Below are positions 37,026 through 46,360 of a DNA stretch of 64,000 bases, piece after piece; the stretch's first letter is position 1, and each line of letters begins with the position of its first letter. The stretch comes from Opitutia bacterium. GTDB taxonomy: Bacteria; Verrucomicrobiota; Verrucomicrobiia; Opitutales; T3Sed10-336. Below the pieces are notes generated by a model that was given only the letters and a program-made list of their open reading frames with translations, did not search any database and was not told the origin of the DNA. The position numbers and the translations under genes are program-made. Location: assembly GCA_050506795.1 (NCBI GenBank), contig JBJHCF010000018.1, forward strand, positions 26,331 through 90,330. Direction: 5' to 3'.

Positions 37026-40000
37026 TCACATATCGACTTCGAGAACGAGGACTTCGCCGGTGCCGGTGGTCACCGTTTGGTTCCGTGATTGGACGGGTCT
37101 TCCGCGGACGTTGATTTCATATTCGCCGGGAGGGAGGTTGCTGAAACGGAACCGGCCGTCAGAGGTCGTCGGTCCTTCCGGTTCGAACCAGACGGGCCAA
37201 TCCTGGGGACGGTGCGAGCCTCTTCGCCGGGCGTAGACCTCGACTTGGGGAACGGGTTCGCCTGCTGCGTGGTCGACGACCTGTCCCTCGATCACCGCTC
37301 CCGGTTCCAGGTCGATCTCGATCGGTTGGCCCGGGGTGACCCTTCGGCGCAGGGGCTGGAAGTCACGCTCGAAGCTCAACTCGATGTGATAATCGCCCGG
37401 CACGTCGCGATTGACACCTTCAATTAAAAACCGTCCGTCCCGGTCGGTCATTGCGTCCGGCATGGAAAAGGAGTGCGAGCCGACCGGGCTGTACCTCAAG
37501 GTGATTTCCTCGCGGGCGAACGGTGTTCCGTCGGGCCGACGGACAATTCCCGATATATTGCTTCCCTCGGGCAGGGTCAGTGAAACTTCGTGAAAGGGAG
37601 TTTCGGAGTTCACGGCCAACACTTCCGACACCGCGTACGTTGCGCCGCGCCGGGCGACGATCCGGTACTCGCGGTCGAAAGGAAGCGGGCCGGCCATGAA
37701 GCGGTTCATCCGGTCGCCGGTCGAACTGCTGTTCTTAACGTCGATTCCGAGGAGCGGCTGACTCCCATCGGGGAATGGACTTGCGGGGATCACGGAGATC
37801 ATGATTCCGCTCGCCGGTTCGCCGTTCCGCTCCAAGACTTCGCCGTGTATCGCCCCGGCGGGACGGAGATCCACTTCCAGTTCGAGCGGCGATTCGTCTT
37901 CGGTCACGATTGAGCGTTGGAAGGCGAACCAGTGTCCCGCGAGGCCGGACGGCGACAGTTCGAACCAGTTGGATGCCGGAATCGCAACTTCCGCAACGCC
38001 GTCGATAACGTCCACAGGAATGCGGTAAAGGCGGTTCTGGTGGTGGTACCCAACCAGGACGGTGCCACGCGGTCCGGCATCGTTGTCGGGCACATTAAAG
38101 AGGATGCGGACGTCCCTCATCAAGGGTTCGTGAGCGGGCTCAGGCAGTGATGTTTCCGCCAGGTCAATGAGGACCGGTCCCTCGGATCCGGCGATCTCAT
38201 CCCACGTCATTCGAATCGTTCTGTCGGCAACCTCAAACGCGGCGTCAATTTTCCACACCGGTGCGATCTCAAACTCCGCGACGGTATCGTACGGTTCGCT
38301 GTGGAATCCCGTGCCGTACCCGTAGGAGCTATTGTCGTAGCGAAACGTGGTCGAATACCTCAACGAGAGTCTTCCATTGGAATCGAGGTGGTCATTCGTG
38401 ACGTTTTCCACCCGCACGGAAAGCGATTGCACTCGTGGAACCTCAAAACGTAGATCCCGTTCGCCGGGGCGAATTGGGCCGGCGACGATCCCGGTCGCTT
38501 CCGGTGCCGCGATCAGCAGATAGTACCGCGCGTCGTCCCGCAGAGTACGCAGTTCGAATCGGCCGTCGTTGTCGGTTTCCGTAAGAAAGTTATGTGTATC
38601 CGTGCGCCCATACGAAGTGGAGAGCGCACCGGTGCGGCTTCCCAAAAAAATCCGCGCGCCGGGAACCGGTTCCCCGGTGTCTTCGAAGACGACCACGCCG
38701 CCCGCTGGTTCCGCTGGCGTGAGCGTCCAAGTGTACACCTCGCCGGGTTGAAGGGCGACATCCCGCAGAGAATCGAGTTGGTAGCCGTCGGTCTCCGCCT
38801 GGAGGACAATCGGATGTTCTCCCAAATCATCGAACTCCACCAGACCGTTCGCGTCCGAGACAACTTCCACTCTCCACTGATTTGACGGCTGGTCGATTCG
38901 CGCGGAAACGCGCGCGCCGGCCACGGGCTCATCGTTCGAACCGACCAGGCGGATCGAGCCGCTGAATCCAGGCTTCACGACAAGCTCGATGTTTTCCCGT
39001 TCTTCCTGGTTCTCAAAAGGTCCACCAAAGACGGGCGCGTAGCCGTCGAGATAGGCGCAGACGTAGATCGTGCCGGGACGCACGTTCATGGAGAACCGGC
39101 CGTCGGCGTTGGCGTGTGTCGAGAAAGACGCGACATAGCCGGGAACTCGCGATGTAATCCCAATCCAGGTGCCTCGCGGAATCGGCCTTTCATCATGGGT
39201 CCGCAAAACACCGCTCACGGTGATCGGCTCGGCATCATCGGGATCGGTACCTTGCCAGCGCTCCGCCTGGTAGTCGGGATACGTTTGGCGCAATTCGGCG
39301 AACCGGTGCAGACGTTCCTCGGGCGAGAGGATATCGATCGCGGCCCCGGTGGTGGTTTTCAACAGAAACAGGCTGGTGCCGCACAAGAGCAAAACCGCGG
39401 CGAGGCTGGTCAGCGGAATCCGCATTTCCGGCGCTCCGTCTGGTTGGAAAAGGCGACGAATCCGTTCGAAGAGTTGTCCCTTGTCGGTTCCCGCCCCCTG
39501 GGCGCCGGCCGGAAGGGGGTTATTGCCGGACAGTCCCGTTTCTGCGATCAGGGTGAGGGTTTGGGCGTAAGCGACGCGCTCTCCGGTCAACTCCGCCGCC
39601 ACGGCATCGCAGCAGGCCTCCCTCTCCTGCCGTATGCTTCGGCTGATCCACCACACGAACGGGTTGAAAAAGAACAGTCCCTCCAGCACCATCTGCACCA
39701 GGTTGACCGCGAAATCACCACGCCGGATATGCGCGAGTTCGTGCGCGAGAATCGCCTGTATTTGAGCCGGCGCCAGGCCGGACAGGTAGGCGGAGGGAAT
39801 GAGAATCGCAGGCTTGAACAGCCCCCAGACCGCCGGGATCGTAATCGCGTCGGAAACCAATAAGACAACACGCTTTCCACGAATTCCGACCCGTTCCTTC
39901 ACCCCGGCGAACATCGCGAGAAACGCGGGGTCGTCCACCGGCCGGCCGACGTGGACCAGCCGCCGGCCTTTCGCCGTTTCAATGAAAAGACGTATCTGAA

Positions 40001-40430
40001 ACACCATGACACCCGCGAGCCACACCAGGCCGGTCCACGCCGTCCAATCCCGGGAGACCGAGGGCGACGCCAGCGGCGGAGAATAGGAACTTGCCGCACC
40101 GGTCGCTGGAAATCCGGTCGTAACGGCGGTTTCCTCCTGTCCCGCACTCCAAACCGTTTCAACGGTCGCGGCCGCGGCGACGGGGTATGTTTCACCCTGG
40201 AGGGAGGGAGACGCTTCGTTTCGTTCGATCCAGGACCATGTGGTCAGCCAGGCCAACACGAGCACCATGAGGGCGCCGAGCCCGAGGGTGTAACGCAGGT
40301 TGGCATGGCGGGCGGGAATCCCTTTCAGACAGAGAAAGAGCACGCTCGCGATCAGGCCTCCCTGCCACAAGCTGTGGAGGAGAGATTGGACCAGCCCGGA
40401 CCAGAGCGAGGACTCAATAAGCACGTTCAT
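37026..40430 (-). CDS. Second BlaR1/M56 family signal transducer with carboxypeptidase-regulatory-like repeats
   Basis: LLHSLWQG, ILAHELAHIRRGD, FFFNPFVWW, EREACCD; repeated TD..GRF modules. Confidence 0.9.
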   Translation of the reverse strand: MNVLIESSLWSGLVQSLLHSLWQGGLIASVLFLCLKGIPARHANLRYTLGLGALMVLVLAWLTTWSWIERNEASPSLQGETYPVAAAATVETVWSAGQEETAVTTGFPATGAASSYSPPLASPSVSRDWTAWTGLVWLAGVMVFQIRLFIETAKGRRLVHVGRPVDDPAFLAMFAGVKERVGIRGKRVVLLVSDAITIPAVWGLFKPAILIPSAYLSGLAPAQIQAILAHELAHIRRGDFAVNLVQMVLEGLFFFNPFVWWISRSIRQEREACCDAVAAELTGERVAYAQTLTLIAETGLSGNNPLPAGAQGAGTDKGQLFERIRRLFQPDGAPEMRIPLTSLAAVLLLCGTSLFLLKTTTGAAIDILSPEERLHRFAELRQTYPDYQAERWQGTDPDDAEPITVSGVLRTHDERPIPRGTWIGITSRVPGYVASFSTHANADGRFSMNVRPGTIYVCAYLDGYAPVFGGPFENQEERENIELVVKPGFSGSIRLVGSNDEPVAGARVSARIDQPSNQWRVEVVSDANGLVEFDDLGEHPIVLQAETDGYQLDSLRDVALQPGEVYTWTLTPAEPAGGVVVFEDTGEPVPGARIFLGSRTGALSTSYGRTDTHNFLTETDNDGRFELRTLRDDARYYLLIAAPEATGIVAGPIRPGERDLRFEVPRVQSLSVRVENVTNDHLDSNGRLSLRYSTTFRYDNSSYGYGTGFHSEPYDTVAEFEIAPVWKIDAAFEVADRTIRMTWDEIAGSEGPVLIDLAETSLPEPAHEPLMRDVRILFNVPDNDAGPRGTVLVGYHHQNRLYRIPVDVIDGVAEVAIPASNWFELSPSGLAGHWFAFQRSIVTEDESPLELEVDLRPAGAIHGEVLERNGEPASGIMISVIPASPFPDGSQPLLGIDVKNSSSTGDRMNRFMAGPLPFDREYRIVARRGATYAVSEVLAVNSETPFHEVSLTLPEGSNISGIVRRPDGTPFAREEITLRYSPVGSHSFSMPDAMTDRDGRFLIEGVNRDVPGDYHIELSFERDFQPLRRRVTPGQPIEIDLEPGAVIEGQVVDHAAGEPVPQVEVYARRRGSHRPQDWPVWFEPEGPTTSDGRFRFSNLPPGEYEINVRGRPVQSRNQTVTTGTGEVLVLEVDM

Positions 40431-40828
40431 GGCTGCTCCTTTTCGTTATCGGCGAGCTGTTTTTCGTAATCCCGGATCAACCGCTTGATCGATTGAATCT
40501 CCTCGCGGTCCACCGGCGTGCCGTCGAGGAGGTGCTGCATGACGGCGCTCGGGCGCCCGGCGAAGAGGTTCGACACGATATTCCGGAGAAAGGGACGCAT
40601 CACCTTTTCCTGTTTCATCGCCGGACGCCAGATGTCGGTCATGCCCTCGCGGCGACGCTTGAGGAAGCCCTTTTTATCCATCACCTGCATCACCGAAAGG
40701 ACGCTGGTATAAGCCCGTTGCTTTTGGTCCGGGAGCGATTCCAGCACCTGCCGCGCGGTCATCGGCCCACGCTCCCACAGTAGCGAGAGGATTTTCATTT
40801 CCAATTCGGTGGGCTGTGATTCTTTCAT
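40427..40828 (-). CDS. BlaI/MecI/CopY family repressor (second)
   Basis: PTELEMKILSLLWERGPMTARQV...AYTSVLSVMQVM..KG.L.R; ATGA overlap with the M56 gene. Confidence 0.93.
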   Translation of the reverse strand: MKESQPTELEMKILSLLWERGPMTARQVLESLPDQKQRAYTSVLSVMQVMDKKGFLKRRREGMTDIWRPAMKQEKVMRPFLRNIVSNLFAGRPSAVMQHLLDGTPVDREEIQSIKRLIRDYEKQLADNEKEQP

Positions 40829-40836
40829 AATTCTCC

Positions 40837-40871
40837 TACTGTTTAAACAGTATCTACGGTTCTTGCCGTAG
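40837..40871. promoter_or_regulatory. Tandem palindromic operators (TAC-N10-GTA)
   Basis: TACTGTTTAAACAGTA (40837-40852) and CTACGG-TTCTTG-CCGTAG (40854-40871) directly upstream of the repressor start. Confidence 0.75.
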
Positions 40872-40909
40872 CTTCGTCAACGGAAATCTTAAAAAATCGT
40901 GCCTGGCCC

Positions 40910-41075
40910 GAATGGTGCTCGGTTAAGGCCAAAGTAGATCACGCTTCCAGCGTGTGGTCTCAGGCTGGAAGCCTAAGCTACTTCCCACCCGCGCCGTAGG
41001 TGCGGGCAGGATGCCCGCGCTCCCAAGCCGGCGGCCATGCGGGAGCATGGCCCTCGTGCGAACGGTCGATGCGAT
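40910..41075. repeat. IS4-like MITE copy with variant cargo
   Basis: GAATGGTGCTCGGTTAAG end, GTAGATCACGCTTCCAGCGTG module, then type A hairpins. Confidence 0.75.
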
Positions 41076-41255
41076 TTTGCTGTGCGCCTCCGATCCACCT
41101 CCTTGAACGAGAGCCATTCTCCCTGGTTCTTTTGCGAACGAATATGGCGGGTTGCATACCTTCCGACCTCAATGTTACATTTTCCAAATGAATCGGGCCA
41201 AATCCACACATCATAGCCCCCTAACCTTTTTTCTTCCAAAAGTTTAAATAGACCC

Positions 41256-42644
41256 ATGAACCGCCGAAGCTTTCTCAAACGAACCTCTGGTTCGCTCGCG
41301 GCCCTTACCGCCGCCTCGTTTTTTCCGAATATCGCTTTCGCCGCCGACAAACCGATCCGCGTCGGTTTGATCGGAACGGGCTGGTACGGAAAAACCACCC
41401 TTTTGCGGGCGCTCCAGGTGGCCCCCGTCGAGGTGGTTTCATTGTGTGATCCGGACGAGAGATTGCTGGAAGAAGCCGCCGATCTGGTCGCATCCCGCCA
41501 GCCTTCCCGAAAGCGACCGCGGATCTACTCGCATTTTCGCGAAATGATCGCCGAAAGAGACGTGGAGGTCATGATTATTTCCACCCCCGACCATTGGCAT
41601 GCCCTGCCGGCCATCGAAGCCATGCAGGCGGGCATGGACGTGTATTCCGAAAAACCCACCGGTGTGGATGTGATCGAGAGCCAGGCGATGCTTGCGGCGG
41701 CGCGGAAATACAACCGGATCGTCCAAATCAATACCCAAAGGCGCAGCACCGCGCACCTGATTGAAGCCCGCGATGAAATTATTGGCTCTGGCAAGCTTGG
41801 AAGGATTCACAACGTTGAAACGGGCGTCTGGTGGCACATGCGAAACCGAACGACGAAAGAGGCCGCGCCGGACATTCCGCCGCCCGAATACCTTGATTAT
41901 GATCTATGGACCGGTCCCGCCCCGCTGCGGCCCTATAACCGCATCATACACCCGGGCGGCTGGAGAGGCTTCATGGAATACGGAAACGGGATTGTCGGCG
42001 ATATGTGCGTGCACATGTACGATACGGTCCGATGGATGCTCGACCTGGGTTGGCCGCAGCGAATCACCTCATGGGGCGGTATTCTGGTCGATCGGGAGGC
42101 GCGCGCCAACATCACCGACACACAAACCGTCCTTTTCGAACACGACGATTTCAACGTGACCTGGGATCACCGCACCTGGGGGCGTTCGCCGGAACCGGAG
42201 AGCGATTTTCAATGGTTCGCGACGATTCACGGCGAGCACGGTGTGCTCAAGTGCGGCGTCTTCCGCTACGACTGGATTCCGCACGCAACCGGAAAGGTTG
42301 AAAGGACACGGCGCGCATTGGTCGAACCCGAGAAATATCCCGAGGACGAAACCGATCGAAGGGATTGGAGGCTTGAACTTCACGTCGCGGCCGCCCTGCG
42401 CAAACATTTACGGAACTTCTTCGAGGCGCGCGAGCGAAGGGGCGAAATGCTGCCAGTCGCGGATATTAAAGAGGGGCATATTTCAAGCTCGTGCTGCTAC
42501 CTGGCGAACCTTTCGCTCGAACTCGGACGGACGGTCGCCTTCGATCCAGATACCCACACCGTGAAGGACGATCCGGAAGCCAACCGGCTCCTCGCCCGCC
42601 CCTACCGCTCGCCATGGGAACACCCCGACCCAGACAACGTATAA
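41256..42644 (+). CDS. Tat-exported Gfo/Idh/MocA family oxidoreductase
   Basis: MNRRSFLK Tat motif; VGLIGTGWYG, STPDHWH, EKP, GDMCVH. Confidence 0.92.
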   Translation: MNRRSFLKRTSGSLAALTAASFFPNIAFAADKPIRVGLIGTGWYGKTTLLRALQVAPVEVVSLCDPDERLLEEAADLVASRQPSRKRPRIYSHFREMIAERDVEVMIISTPDHWHALPAIEAMQAGMDVYSEKPTGVDVIESQAMLAAARKYNRIVQINTQRRSTAHLIEARDEIIGSGKLGRIHNVETGVWWHMRNRTTKEAAPDIPPPEYLDYDLWTGPAPLRPYNRIIHPGGWRGFMEYGNGIVGDMCVHMYDTVRWMLDLGWPQRITSWGGILVDREARANITDTQTVLFEHDDFNVTWDHRTWGRSPEPESDFQWFATIHGEHGVLKCGVFRYDWIPHATGKVERTRRALVEPEKYPEDETDRRDWRLELHVAAALRKHLRNFFEARERRGEMLPVADIKEGHISSSCCYLANLSLELGRTVAFDPDTHTVKDDPEANRLLARPYRSPWEHPDPDNV

Positions 42645-42804
42645 ACACGCGCAAACACGCTTTTAGGCAAAATCCGAGTCACCAGCACCAGATCATTCTC
42701 TTGGGCCGGACAGGCAAGGTTGAATACCCCCAATCGCTGCTCCTTCTAAAATCGGCACGGCCTTCCCATACGGGAATCTCTGTGACAGGAACCCTCCCCC
42801 AAGC

Positions 42805-43161
42805 TCAAGTTTCAACCAACGCCCTCCACTCCTCCTCCTTGAATCCCGCGCTCCCTTTTCCACCGGCGAGCAAAAACGGACGGCGTACCAGGCTTCCGTT
42901 CGCCGCCAACAACCGCAGCGCCTCCGCCTCCTCCATCTCCGGCAGCCGCTCCTTTAGCCCCAGCCTCCGGTACTCCTGCCCGGAAGTGTTGAACAACCGG
43001 CGAATGTTTCCGTCGTAAGCCGACAGGACAACCCGCAGTTCCTCCTCCGTAGGAGGCGTCTCCCGGATCGGCCGTTCGTCGAAAACAATGTCCCGCTCCC
43101 GCAACCATCCAACCGCCTTCCGGCAGGTGGAGCACTTATCGTAAGTGTAAACAACGATCAT
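42805..43161 (-). CDS. ArsC/Spx family protein
   Basis: Y..CSTCRKA..WL, FNTSGQEYR, LVRRP, GFKEEEW. Confidence 0.9.
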   Translation of the reverse strand: MIVVYTYDKCSTCRKAVGWLRERDIVFDERPIRETPPTEEELRVVLSAYDGNIRRLFNTSGQEYRRLGLKERLPEMEEAEALRLLAANGSLVRRPFLLAGGKGSAGFKEEEWRALVET

Positions 43162-43306
43162 AGTTCACCCCAATATTTCAGACGCGGTCTGGCAAACATG
43201 AAGTCAAAACGCGTTTCTCGCCACCCGCCGACTCATGGCTAACATGCAGGAATGCCTGTCTCACCGCCCATCACGCACGCGACAGCTGCGAACGGTTTAG
43301 TCCAGG

Positions 43307-45205
43307 TTAGTTCTCCGCGGGGGCCAGAAACTGGGCGCTCTCGAAAACCAGGCCATCCCGCGTGGTGAAGGCCTGGTTGACCCCGATTCCGAAGGCTTCC
43401 TGGATGATCTCCGGGTCGAGAATTTCAACCAATTGCTCGACGGTCCGCGGTGAAGGGCCGTCACCATCGTGGAATAATTCCGCCTGGAGCTGGCCGGTGA
43501 CAATTCGCGCGAGGTCGCCGAGTTGTTTCCCGACATCCTGGATGTCCCAGTAGATGCCGGAGCGAAGGTCCAGCAGGGTCTGCGCTTCACGAAACTTCTG
43601 GCTCCGGGCCAGGGCGGTTTGACCGTCCGGCGGGCTGCGCAATGCCGAAAGGACCTCCTCGACCGTGCCGCGGCCCATGCCTAATACCAGCTTGCCGTCT
43701 CCGAGAAACAAGCCGCCTTCCATTCCCGCCTGTTCGAATCGCCAACCATTGAAACCCTGTTCGTCCGCCGGTTGCAGGGCGCCGCCCATGATCGGAGCGA
43801 ATGCTGCAATCGTCTGCATGATACGCTGCCAGAGGTCTTCATTCTCCACGCTCCAGATCATGGCGTTGCGGCCTGCGAAGATTCCCGCCACCGCCTCCGG
43901 GGAAGAGAAATCGGTTGCCGCGTCTACAGGAAAGGTGAGGATGGTGTGCTGAGTTCCCAGGGAGGAAAGCAGGCTGGCGACATCGGTTTCGAGCACGGAG
44001 TTGACCTGCATCTCGACCATTTGAAAACCTTGCGCGACTTCGTCACCCCCGATCTCCACCGCAATTTCGCGTATCTGCTGAAACAGACCGCCGAGATCGA
44101 GGCTGAAATGGGAATAATCCATCACATGGGAGGGAACCCACGCCGCCGGGGCCGCCGGCCGGGCAGGCTGATCCATCAAGGCGCCTACGATTCCCCGGCG
44201 CGGAGCCGGGGCCGATACCAGGCCACCCCAGCGAAAAACACCGCGGTCCACCGCTCCACGGAACACTGTCGTCCGCAGGTCCGTGACACCAAGCGCATGC
44301 AAAAGACGCCCAAGGTTTTCATCGTCACTTGATGCAATGACCGTTGAAACAACGCGCTGCGTATCCAATGCGAACTCGAAGGCCGGGACCCCGTCGGGCA
44401 AAACCTCGCCTAGCCCGGCCGTGGTGTGCAAGGTTCTGGAAAATCCGCCCGCTTCTCCGTCACGCGCCTGAAGAAAACGGGCGAACACGCCCCGCAGTTC
44501 CTCGCCTGGCTCGGTTTCCGGCTCCGGCAGAACGATCGACTCATCTGTCAAAGCGGCGCGCACCATGTCCGGATCGGGGCCGCTCATTAATGTCAATGCA
44601 CCCTGGATGCGATTTCCGTCGCGATTCAGAAGAGTGTGCGCGTTATGGCTTACGCGGGATTGACCATCGTAGGAATACACGACTTGCGGCGAAGCGAGGT
44701 GGATGACCTCGTGCCCGGCGAGGGTAAAGTCCACCCGACTCGTCCGGTGCGGGCCCTCTTGATCCTCAATCGTGCTCAACAGACCATCGAGCAGACGGGC
44801 GCCGAGACCTTCACCGGGCTCCGCCCAAAAGAGTACATACATCCGCGGCCTTTCTCCTTCGGTTCCCTCCAGCACCAGAGCGGCACCGGATTCGCCGCTC
44901 AGGACGCGCGGGAAATCTTTCGGCTCCAATTCGAGTTCCCCCAGCCTTTGCCGGAATGCCTGCCAGTCTTCTTCCATTTCTCTTTCGAGAATCTCCAGGA
45001 ACTCGGCGATTCGTTCTTCGCCGAAGAGATGGCGGCCGATCCGGGTGTTATGAATGGCGCCATAGAAAGCATTCCCATCCGGGATTCGCATGGCGAAGGC
45101 GGTCTCGGCGGGAAGTGAGTCCCATCCCGAACGCGACGAATCCGCGGCGGCGGGAAGGGCGGCAAAGAGAGCGACGAGAGGCGCAAGAATAATAATGCGA
45201 TACAT
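43307..45205 (-). CDS. Exported hypothetical protein
   Basis: 632-aa ORF with signal peptide (PAAA-D); last gene of a co-directional three-gene run. Confidence 0.75.
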   Translation of the reverse strand: MYRIIILAPLVALFAALPAAADSSRSGWDSLPAETAFAMRIPDGNAFYGAIHNTRIGRHLFGEERIAEFLEILEREMEEDWQAFRQRLGELELEPKDFPRVLSGESGAALVLEGTEGERPRMYVLFWAEPGEGLGARLLDGLLSTIEDQEGPHRTSRVDFTLAGHEVIHLASPQVVYSYDGQSRVSHNAHTLLNRDGNRIQGALTLMSGPDPDMVRAALTDESIVLPEPETEPGEELRGVFARFLQARDGEAGGFSRTLHTTAGLGEVLPDGVPAFEFALDTQRVVSTVIASSDDENLGRLLHALGVTDLRTTVFRGAVDRGVFRWGGLVSAPAPRRGIVGALMDQPARPAAPAAWVPSHVMDYSHFSLDLGGLFQQIREIAVEIGGDEVAQGFQMVEMQVNSVLETDVASLLSSLGTQHTILTFPVDAATDFSSPEAVAGIFAGRNAMIWSVENEDLWQRIMQTIAAFAPIMGGALQPADEQGFNGWRFEQAGMEGGLFLGDGKLVLGMGRGTVEEVLSALRSPPDGQTALARSQKFREAQTLLDLRSGIYWDIQDVGKQLGDLARIVTGQLQAELFHDGDGPSPRTVEQLVEILDPEIIQEAFGIGVNQAFTTRDGLVFESAQFLAPAEN

Positions 45206-45322
45206 AATATTTTTTCGGGTTGTTCGAAGCTGTTGACTGGCAAAAGAAGAAGGACGGGGAATCGACCGCGAGTCAATTCCAACCGGTTCCGGCCGCGTCG
45301 TTATCCGGCACGACCGCGTCCC

Positions 45323-46360
45323 CTATTCTTGATCCTCGGCGTCGCCCACGACCGCCTTGCGAAAGGGCGGCGGCAGGTAGGTGATGCTGTTTTGCGGCTG
45401 AAAAGGATTGTAGAGGTAGGCCTCCCAGTTGTTGAGAAAATCGACCAGGTCAACGGCGGGAATGCCGAATGCGAGGCCCTGGAAGAAAACCGCGCCCGCG
45501 CAGACCACCCCCACCACCTCGCCGCGCGTGTTCAGAATCGGCCCTCCACTGTTGCCGGGATTGATCGAGGCATCCGTTTGGATAAAACGAAGATGGCCGA
45601 TGGTGCGTGTCGTCGAGCTGACGATTCCCTGGGTGACCGAGCGTTCGAGTCCGAGCGGGTTGCCGACTGCGAACACAGGATCGCCGACTCGAACATTCAA
45701 TTCAGACGAAATCACCAGGGGCATGATGGTATGACCGCTTCCGAGTTCCTCCATGTCGATCTGGAGCAACGCCAGATCGCGCAGCGGGTGCATTGCGAGG
45801 ATGCGCACCTTGCGCAGTTCCTTTCGCTCGTAACCCTGGCGGGTCGGGAGAAAGAGAGTCACCGTGACCATGGTTTGGCCTTCGATCACGTGATAGTTTG
45901 TGATCAGGTGACCTTCCTCGCTGATAAAAAATCCGCTTCCGATTCCGGCCGGGGTGCGGACCATAAAAATCGAGTCACCGTGCCGCCGTACCAATTCCGA
46001 GACCGGCGCGGCTTCGAGGCGGCCGAGGGAATAGATGCCGTGTTGCGCTGTCAGTTCCAGCGCTCCCTCCTCGCGCTCGGCACTCAGGTCAAGGATGCGG
46101 TCCCCCGGAATCGAAATCACGTCGTGGCCCAAATCAATTACAATGCGTTCGGCCGTTCGATGGAGAAGTTCGCCTTCGATTCGGGCGCCGCCCGAAAGCG
46201 TGACGGTGACCTTGCCGGAAATCTCCTCGGCCGCTGAAGGAATGCTCGCGGCGAGGAAAAGCCCAAGGAACAAACCGGCCGTCATTTTGCGTAGGCGAGC
46301 GAAGCCCATTCCGCTCACTGAAACGCGATCGATCAAACTTCTATCTTTTCGTGTAGGCAT
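45323..46360 (-). CDS. Trypsin-like S1C serine protease (no PDZ domain seen)
   Basis: GSGF, TNYHV, DLALL, GNPLGL, QTDASINPGNSGGP. Start uncertain (46360 or 46285). Confidence 0.9.
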   Translation of the reverse strand: MPTRKDRSLIDRVSVSGMGFARLRKMTAGLFLGLFLAASIPSAAEEISGKVTVTLSGGARIEGELLHRTAERIVIDLGHDVISIPGDRILDLSAEREEGALELTAQHGIYSLGRLEAAPVSELVRRHGDSIFMVRTPAGIGSGFFISEEGHLITNYHVIEGQTMVTVTLFLPTRQGYERKELRKVRILAMHPLRDLALLQIDMEELGSGHTIMPLVISSELNVRVGDPVFAVGNPLGLERSVTQGIVSSTTRTIGHLRFIQTDASINPGNSGGPILNTRGEVVGVVCAGAVFFQGLAFGIPAVDLVDFLNNWEAYLYNPFQPQNSITYLPPPFRKAVVGDAEDQE

